Below are positions 15,576 to 20,000 of a stretch of 20,000 nt of DNA, piece by piece; position 1 is the stretch's first letter; the number at the start of each line of letters is the position of its first letter. The notes under the pieces were generated by a model. It ran no database searches. It was not told the DNA's origin and saw nothing but the letters and a program-made list of their open reading frames with translations. The stretch lies in the IMG/VR virus record IMGVR_UViG_3300032233_002452; one strand, written 5' to 3'. This stretch comes from an uncultured virus (IMG/VR IMGVR_UViG_3300032233_002452). Taxonomy: Duplodnaviria > Heunggongvirae > Uroviricota > Caudoviricetes. Position numbers and translations under genes: made by a program.

Positions 15576-17591
15576 TTAGAATAATACTTTTAAACTTACT
15601 TGAGCAATGTTGTTTGTTACACCGTTTTGACGTTGTTGGGTTAGTGTTGCATTACCCAACACATTTTCTTTAGGTGTAAAATTTGCACCAACTTTAATTG
15701 TTGTAATGTTATTTGTTGTTCTACCAGCTTCTGCGATTACATTAACTTTTTCAAATACCACATTCTCATATCGCAAGCCGGCTTCACCGATGGTATTAGT
15801 TTTGTTAATCTTATCATATGTCATAGAAGAAACTTCTGAACCACTTTCAGTTAAACCATTTCGTTGTGCATTCTGTACACGCACGCCAGCGTACGGACGA
15901 AAACCTTCGAAACTTTCGAGACCTTCAATACCTTCTAAAGAAGGAGCGTATAATCTGTTTGCCAACCACACATCTTTACCATTTGCTTTACCTTGATTGC
16001 CTAATTGCAATTCATTGATTGTATGGTAGTTTCTATATGTATTTACGGCAACGCCGAAATCACTCTTCAACAACCAGCCTTCGTGACTATAAAGACTGTA
16101 AACACCCACATGATTCTTTTCTAAATTACCACCTGATTGGTCACCAGTTAGATTTGAGTTAACATAGTTGTACTGCCCACCAACTATCCAATTCGATTCA
16201 ATATTCTTTTCGTGGCCAACACCATAACGTTGAGTATTGAATTTGTAAGTATCACTTGTATTGCTACGTTGACCTTCAGCGATAAAATATGTCCAACCTT
16301 TTTCTTCATCACCAATCAAATCTGTTTTTGGTTTTATAATGTTATCAGAAACTTGATGGCGAGATAGAGTATCACTATCTAATGTTAAGTTGATACGATG
16401 GTTGGCATCGTTTAAGTATGAGTATTGGTCAACACGTGTTGAGTAATCTTTTTTGGTGTCAATTTCAACCACTTCAATACCAGGCGTATCAACAGAAGAA
16501 ACACTATTAGATGTTGTTGTTGATGTTACTGGTGTGCCGTTTTCAATTGTTGTAGTGCCGTCACTCCACACTTTTGTTGTTACTGGTGTTGTTACAGTTG
16601 TTGTAGTAACAGGAGTGGTACTTGTTTGTGTCAATGTGAACGGTGTTTTCCCTGTTGTTACAGTTGTTTGAATTACCTTCAATACTTTAGGTGTTTGTTC
16701 GCCTCTACCATTCGATTGAGCAACAGCGACAGCAGTAACACCATATGCAATATTGTTAACAATAGTAGATGTACCATTTACAGATGAAGATGTGGTTGAA
16801 TCGGATGTGGACTGACTAACAACAGTTGCAGCTGGTGGTGTTGGGTCTACTGTTGGCATTGATGGGTCGTTTGGAGCAACAGAACCAAATATTGTACCGT
16901 TTTGTGTAACTGTGCCGAGACCATCATTCACGTTTAGTACAGGAGATAGTGCGGTGTCACCTTGGTTGAATACTGCAAAACCTAATTTATAAGTGCCAGC
17001 GGTCAATACATTATAATTAACAACTTGCCAACCGGTTGAACCATATGAACCGGTTGAATAGTTACCTGTACCAGGATTTGTTGCACCCAATAATAAGTAT
17101 TGAGTTGAGACACCGTTAATCTTACCTAATGTAGTTGCATCACCTGTGTTTACCAAAGTGGTGATAGAACCATCATTGAATGGTACATAATCAACCGATG
17201 TATATGTCCAGTACATTTTGAAGGTTGATGGTGCTGCAAAGGTAAAGTTTTTGCTTACCCATGCAGCATTAGTGATGCTACCACCACCTGATGGGTTTTG
17301 CGCTGCGATTTCAGCAGACAAGGCTGTTACACTTGCTGAACTTAGACCTAATGCCGTTGACATATTTGAATATGTGTTGGTAGTGTTTGTTGGTGATAAA
17401 CTATACATTGTACTACCAGTATATGGACTGATAGACCATGCATTTGGTCCTGCTTGAAATGTTTGAGCACCAGTTAATGTTTGTCCAGAAACGGACGACC
17501 AATCACTAGTACCTAAACTCAAATCTAAACTCTGTGCGTTTACAGATAGACACATCAATAGCGTCAATCCTGTCATTGCTTTCTTTAACAT
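15576..17591 (-). CDS. Secreted protein with Ser/Thr-rich passenger, Thr-rich stalk and C-terminal autotransporter-like beta-barrel
   Basis: Signal peptide; TTPVTTTTVTTPVTT stalk; amphipathic strands (WIVGGQYNY, HVGVYSLY, FRPYAGVRV, GLTESG, GEAGLRY) ending VSLKVLF (terminal Phe beta-signal). Confidence 0.75.
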   Translation of the reverse strand: MLKKAMTGLTLLMCLSVNAQSLDLSLGTSDWSSVSGQTLTGAQTFQAGPNAWSISPYTGSTMYSLSPTNTTNTYSNMSTALGLSSASVTALSAEIAAQNPSGGGSITNAAWVSKNFTFAAPSTFKMYWTYTSVDYVPFNDGSITTLVNTGDATTLGKINGVSTQYLLLGATNPGTGNYSTGSYGSTGWQVVNYNVLTAGTYKLGFAVFNQGDTALSPVLNVNDGLGTVTQNGTIFGSVAPNDPSMPTVDPTPPAATVVSQSTSDSTTSSSVNGTSTIVNNIAYGVTAVAVAQSNGRGEQTPKVLKVIQTTVTTGKTPFTLTQTSTTPVTTTTVTTPVTTKVWSDGTTTIENGTPVTSTTTSNSVSSVDTPGIEVVEIDTKKDYSTRVDQYSYLNDANHRINLTLDSDTLSRHQVSDNIIKPKTDLIGDEEKGWTYFIAEGQRSNTSDTYKFNTQRYGVGHEKNIESNWIVGGQYNYVNSNLTGDQSGGNLEKNHVGVYSLYSHEGWLLKSDFGVAVNTYRNYHTINELQLGNQGKANGKDVWLANRLYAPSLEGIEGLESFEGFRPYAGVRVQNAQRNGLTESGSEVSSMTYDKINKTNTIGEAGLRYENVVFEKVNVIAEAGRTTNNITTIKVGANFTPKENVLGNATLTQQRQNGVTNNIAQVSLKVLF

Positions 17592-17602
17592 TTATTTTTC
17601 CT

Positions 17603-18061
17603 TTAGAATGCGAAACTTGCTAACGGTACGGTTATATCAGTACGATTACCACTTGCTTCTATAATTGTTAAAGTCACCTCAGTACCAGTCTTGACCCAAG
17701 ATATGTTAGTACCTTGAAAGTCCATGTTACCTGAATTACCACTACCCTCAGCGAACATTGCATCCGCTAATTGTTTGGATAGTTGTGCGTATATGCGAGA
17801 TTCTACATTGACCAAAAACTTGGCCAAGTTCGTATTTTTAGCATCTCTTTCTGCCTTATCGGCAGCTGCCTTTTGTTCGTCCCTTATTGTTTTTTTGCGT
17901 TGAGCCTCCAACTGTTCAATAGTAAGGACGTGTGACGAATACCCCACTCCATTGAAGGATGGGGAATTGAATGAATGAACTAGTTCAGAGGCACTTACGG
18001 TTGATACCGCAAAGAATATAGAATAACAAAGACCACTAATATTTTTTATTAGTCTTTGCAT
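17603..18061 (-). CDS. csgF: Curli assembly protein CsgF-like
   Basis: After signal peptide, SELVHSFNSPSFNGVGYSSHVLTIEQ matches CsgF N-terminal F-x-N/S-P-x-F-x-G; FLVNVESRIYAQLSKQL; C-terminal T-x-I-x-VP. Confidence 0.82.
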   Translation of the reverse strand: MQRLIKNISGLCYSIFFAVSTVSASELVHSFNSPSFNGVGYSSHVLTIEQLEAQRKKTIRDEQKAAADKAERDAKNTNLAKFLVNVESRIYAQLSKQLADAMFAEGSGNSGNMDFQGTNISWVKTGTEVTLTIIEASGNRTDITVPLASFAF

Positions 18062-18068
18062 AACGGTA

Positions 18069-18076
18069 TATTTATG
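18069..18076 (-). promoter_or_regulatory. Putative T4-type late promoter CATAAATA heading the csg operon
   Basis: NATAAATA box 7 nt upstream of csgF ATG; one mismatch to T4 gp55 consensus TATAAATA. Confidence 0.5.
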
Positions 18077-18099
18077 CCATTTGTTTGTGGCAAATCAAG

Positions 18100-18175
18100 T
18101 GGTGGGCTGAGAAGGACTTGAACCTATCACTCAAGCGATTATGAGTCGCCTGCTTTACCTTTAAGCTACCAGCCC
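18100..18175 (-). tRNA. tRNA-CAT, probably Ile2 (lysidine-type) rather than Met
   Basis: Cloverleaf, anticodon arm GGCGA-CTCATAA-TCGCT as I recall it for E. coli ileX; 3' CCA. Confidence 0.8.
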
Positions 18176-18180
18176 ATATA

Positions 18181-18264
18181 TGGTACGAGAGGAGGGACTC
18201 GAACCCTCAATCCTTGCGGCGGCAGATTTTAAGTCTGCTGTGTATACCATTCCACCACTCTCGC
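18181..18264 (-). tRNA. tRNA-Leu(TAA)
   Basis: GCAGA-CTTAAAA-TCTGC, long variable arm, CCA. Confidence 0.92.
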
Positions 18265-18291
18265 ATCGTCTTTAAAAATTATTGAATGTTT

Positions 18292-18367
18292 TGGTCCGGC
18301 GAGAGGGATTCGAACCCCCATCGGACGGTGTAGAAGACCGTTGCCTTATCCATTAGACCATCGCCGG
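18292..18367 (-). tRNA. tRNA-Arg(TCT)
   Basis: ACGGT-CTTCTAC-ACCGT, GTTCGAATC T-loop, CCA. Confidence 0.9.
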
Positions 18368-18375
18368 AAATAAAT

Positions 18376-18573
18376 ATGTTTATGTCACAAATAAAATATA
18401 AGAATTATATAACATCATTGGTTGATAATATTCCTAAAAAATTTGAAAATAAAGCTCAACAGCAAGCATATGAAAAAGGATTCTTAATAGGAATTCTTGT
18501 TAATCTTGCACTAGATGATTCTAGGAATTTCTATATTATTAAAAAGAAGTTTGGTGCTCTCAACGAGGATTGA
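18376..18573 (+). CDS. Small AT-rich ORF antisense within tRNA array
   Basis: 65 aa ORF preceded by AATAAATA late-promoter-like box; 3' end overlaps tRNA-Thr. Confidence 0.5.
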   Translation: MFMSQIKYKNYITSLVDNIPKKFENKAQQQAYEKGFLIGILVNLALDDSRNFYIIKKKFGALNED

Positions 18574-18625
18574 ACTTGTATTTCATCCTTACCAAGGATG
18601 TGTAATGCCATTATACTATAAGAGC
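18552..18625 (-). tRNA. tRNA-Thr(GGT)
   Basis: CATCC-TTGGTAA-GGATG; one T-stem mismatch; CCA. Confidence 0.85.
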
Positions 18626-18631
18626 TAAACT

Positions 18632-18708
18632 TGGTGCCCCAGAGGAGACTCGAACTCCTAAAATTTGGTTTCTAAGACCAACACGTATACCAATTCCGTC
18701 ACCGGGGC
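18632..18708 (-). tRNA. tRNA-Leu(TAG) with short variable loop
   Basis: TTGGT-CTTAGAA-ACCAA; 77 nt; CCA. Confidence 0.85.
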
Positions 18709-18716
18709 AAATTAAA

Positions 18717-18792
18717 TGGTACCAAGAATTGGACTCGAACCAACCACACCCAGATTTTCAGTCTGGTGCTCTACCTGATGAGCTATCTTGGC
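18717..18792 (-). tRNA. tRNA-Phe(GAA)
   Basis: CCAGA-CTGAAAA-TCTGG; CCA. Confidence 0.92.
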
Positions 18793-18796
18793 ATAA

Positions 18797-18871
18797 TGGT
18801 ACATCGTGACGGGATTGAACCGCCGACCTCCGCCTTGTAAGGGCATTGCTCTACCGCTGAGCTAACGATGC
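18797..18871 (-). tRNA. tRNA-Val(TAC)
   Basis: TGCC-CTTACAA-GGCG; CCA. Confidence 0.9.
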
Positions 18872-18882
18872 AAAATTTTCTT

Positions 18883-18956
18883 TGGGGTGACCTACGGGAG
18901 TTGAACCCGTACTAACAGAATCACAATCTGGGGTGCTACCGCTACACTAAGGTCAC
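18883..18956 (-). tRNA. tRNA-His(GTG)
   Basis: CAGA-TTGTGAT-TCTG; C73 discriminator; CCA. Confidence 0.9.
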
Positions 18957-18968
18957 ACCAAAGAAAAC

Positions 18969-19042
18969 TGGAGCAGAGTGTGGGAATCGAACTCACGACA
19001 CCAACTTGGAAGGATGGAGTTTTACCATTAAACTAACCCTGC
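18969..19042 (-). tRNA. tRNA-Gly(TCC)
   Basis: CCATC-CTTCCAA-GTTGG; U73; CCA. Confidence 0.88.
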
Positions 19043-19124
19043 AAATGTACCGATGCTTATCCAAGCAGTAGCAATGTTCGGTACCACACAAAGGCAGGAT
19101 TTAAAAAGAGCCTGCACTCTTAAA

Positions 19125-19198
19125 TGGAGCGGGATAGGAGAATCGAACTCCTGACTAAACCTTGGCAAGGTTTCGTTTGACCATTAAACTAATCCCGC
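19125..19198 (-). tRNA. tRNA-Gly(GCC)
   Basis: AAACC-TTGCCAA-GGTTT; CCA. Confidence 0.92.
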
Positions 19199-19203
19199 AC
19201 AAT

Positions 19204-19683
19204 TCATGCTGCCTTACGGTCAAGAACAAATTTTAATCTGTCTGCGGCGTAAGAAGCAGCGAATGCGTTCGGTTTCACCATTGGTACGACATTACACATA
19301 CCTTTGATGTAACCAACTGCTTGTGAAATAACACAAGAACTACCATGCATCTCGTTTGGGTTAATGTCTAAATGTACTTCAACGTGTTTATCTTCTAAAA
19401 CGTCACTTAGATTTTGGAATAATTCCGCAACCTTGTACACTTCATTCATCAAACGCATAGATGGTTTACTCATACGTTGGTCATAATCTCTTTCACGTGA
19501 AACTTCACCAAAGATTTTACAACCGTTATTACCGTTAATGTGAACTACGATAGCAAGTGTATAGTCGGCGTACCATACACCTTTCAAATTAATTCTTTCG
19601 GAGTCAGCACCAAGATAAATTTTAGTTTCTGGTGACTGTGCTTCAATGAATGCTTTGACTTCGTTTAGATTTAATTTTTTCAT
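19204..19683 (-). CDS. RNase H-like YkuK family protein
   Basis: KIYLGADSE, RLMNEVYK, EVHLDIN, KPNAFAASYAADR. Confidence 0.85.
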   Translation of the reverse strand: MKKLNLNEVKAFIEAQSPETKIYLGADSERINLKGVWYADYTLAIVVHINGNNGCKIFGEVSRERDYDQRMSKPSMRLMNEVYKVAELFQNLSDVLEDKHVEVHLDINPNEMHGSSCVISQAVGYIKGMCNVVPMVKPNAFAASYAADRLKFVLDRKAA

Positions 19684-19698
19684 AATTCATTTTCTTTG

Positions 19699-19772
19699 TG
19701 GCATCCCGGCAGGGACTCGAACCCCGACCAACAGTTTTGGAGACTGGTATGCTGCCATTACACTACCGAGAT
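19699..19772 (-). tRNA. tRNA-Trp(CCA)
   Basis: CAGT-CTCCAAA-ACTG; G73; CCA. Confidence 0.9.
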
Positions 19773-19778
19773 AAAATC

Positions 19779-19855
19779 TGGTACCCTAACGTGAACTCGA
19801 ATCACGGACCTTTCGCTTATCAAGCGAATGCTCTAACCAACTGAGCTATTAGGGT
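19779..19855 (-). tRNA. tRNA-Ile(GAT)
   Basis: TTCGC-TTGATAA-GCGAA; CCA. Confidence 0.92.
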
Positions 19856-19860
19856 ATAAT

Positions 19861-20000
19861 GCTTTCTTTTTGCGGCGGTAATTATAGTACATCAAGATAT
19901 GACGCTATCATACCCATCACACGTACCTTCCACCCGCTTCCCGACCAAAAAGAATTCTCGTATTGCCAACGCTACTTTGGTAAGAGTAGTACCACACTTG
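19861..20000 (-). ncRNA. Candidate structured non-coding RNA in tRNA cluster (may extend past window)
   Basis: Nested stems on minus strand: TTCTTTTTG/CAAAAAGAA, GCGG..TGG/TTACCGC, GTACGT/ATGTAC, GGGTATGA/TCATATCT; separate CTACT/AGTAG hairpin. Confidence 0.45.

Noticed and set aside
16490..16670. Tandem repeat/VNTR or DGR target in GTT-rich stretch
   Set aside because: Explained by Thr codons (ACA/ACT) of the stalk; no exact repeat unit, template copy or reverse transcriptase seen
12149..17457. Numerous plus-strand 60-100 aa ORFs in the track
   Set aside because: Antisense shadows of long minus-strand genes with clear domains; no RBS or recognisable motifs
11175..18061. Host chromosomal contamination or prophage boundary
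   Set aside because: Composition matches flanks, a T4-type late-promoter-like box heads it, and both sides are phage-like; no integrase or att site seen
18292..18367. Amber suppressor tRNA (CTA appears in the anticodon loop)
   Set aside because: The 5-bp stem ACGGT/ACCGT places TCT at positions 34-36, so it is Arg; the ORF at 932 also ends in a normal TAG, with no sign of recoding

Overview
AT-rich segment of a T4-like (large myovirus-type) bacteriophage genome, almost all coded on the minus strand. Left half (1-10.2 kb): small early-type hypothetical genes behind near-consensus sigma70-like promoters, each flanked by the same 18-bp palindrome TGTTG-N8-CAACA; T4-type RNase H; a sugar-nucleotide/glycosyltransferase module (cytidylyltransferase-cupin fusion, GT2, GalE) and a ClpP protease. 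Centre (10.3-18.1 kb): a tightly coupled six-gene operon csgF-like > autotransporter-type beta-barrel > csgG > curlin-repeat protein > FecR-domain protein > CHASE2 adenylate cyclase. A plus-strand unit carrying two paralogous 'GFPI' single-TM coiled-coil genes converges on it. This looks like a phage-encoded trans-envelope sensing/cAMP signalling system built around a curli (type VIII) secretion pore, and is the main finding. Right end (18.1-20 kb): an array of 12 CCA-encoding tRNAs, a YkuK-like RNase H-fold gene and a candidate structured ncRNA. All assignments come from manual motif recognition; no searches were run.
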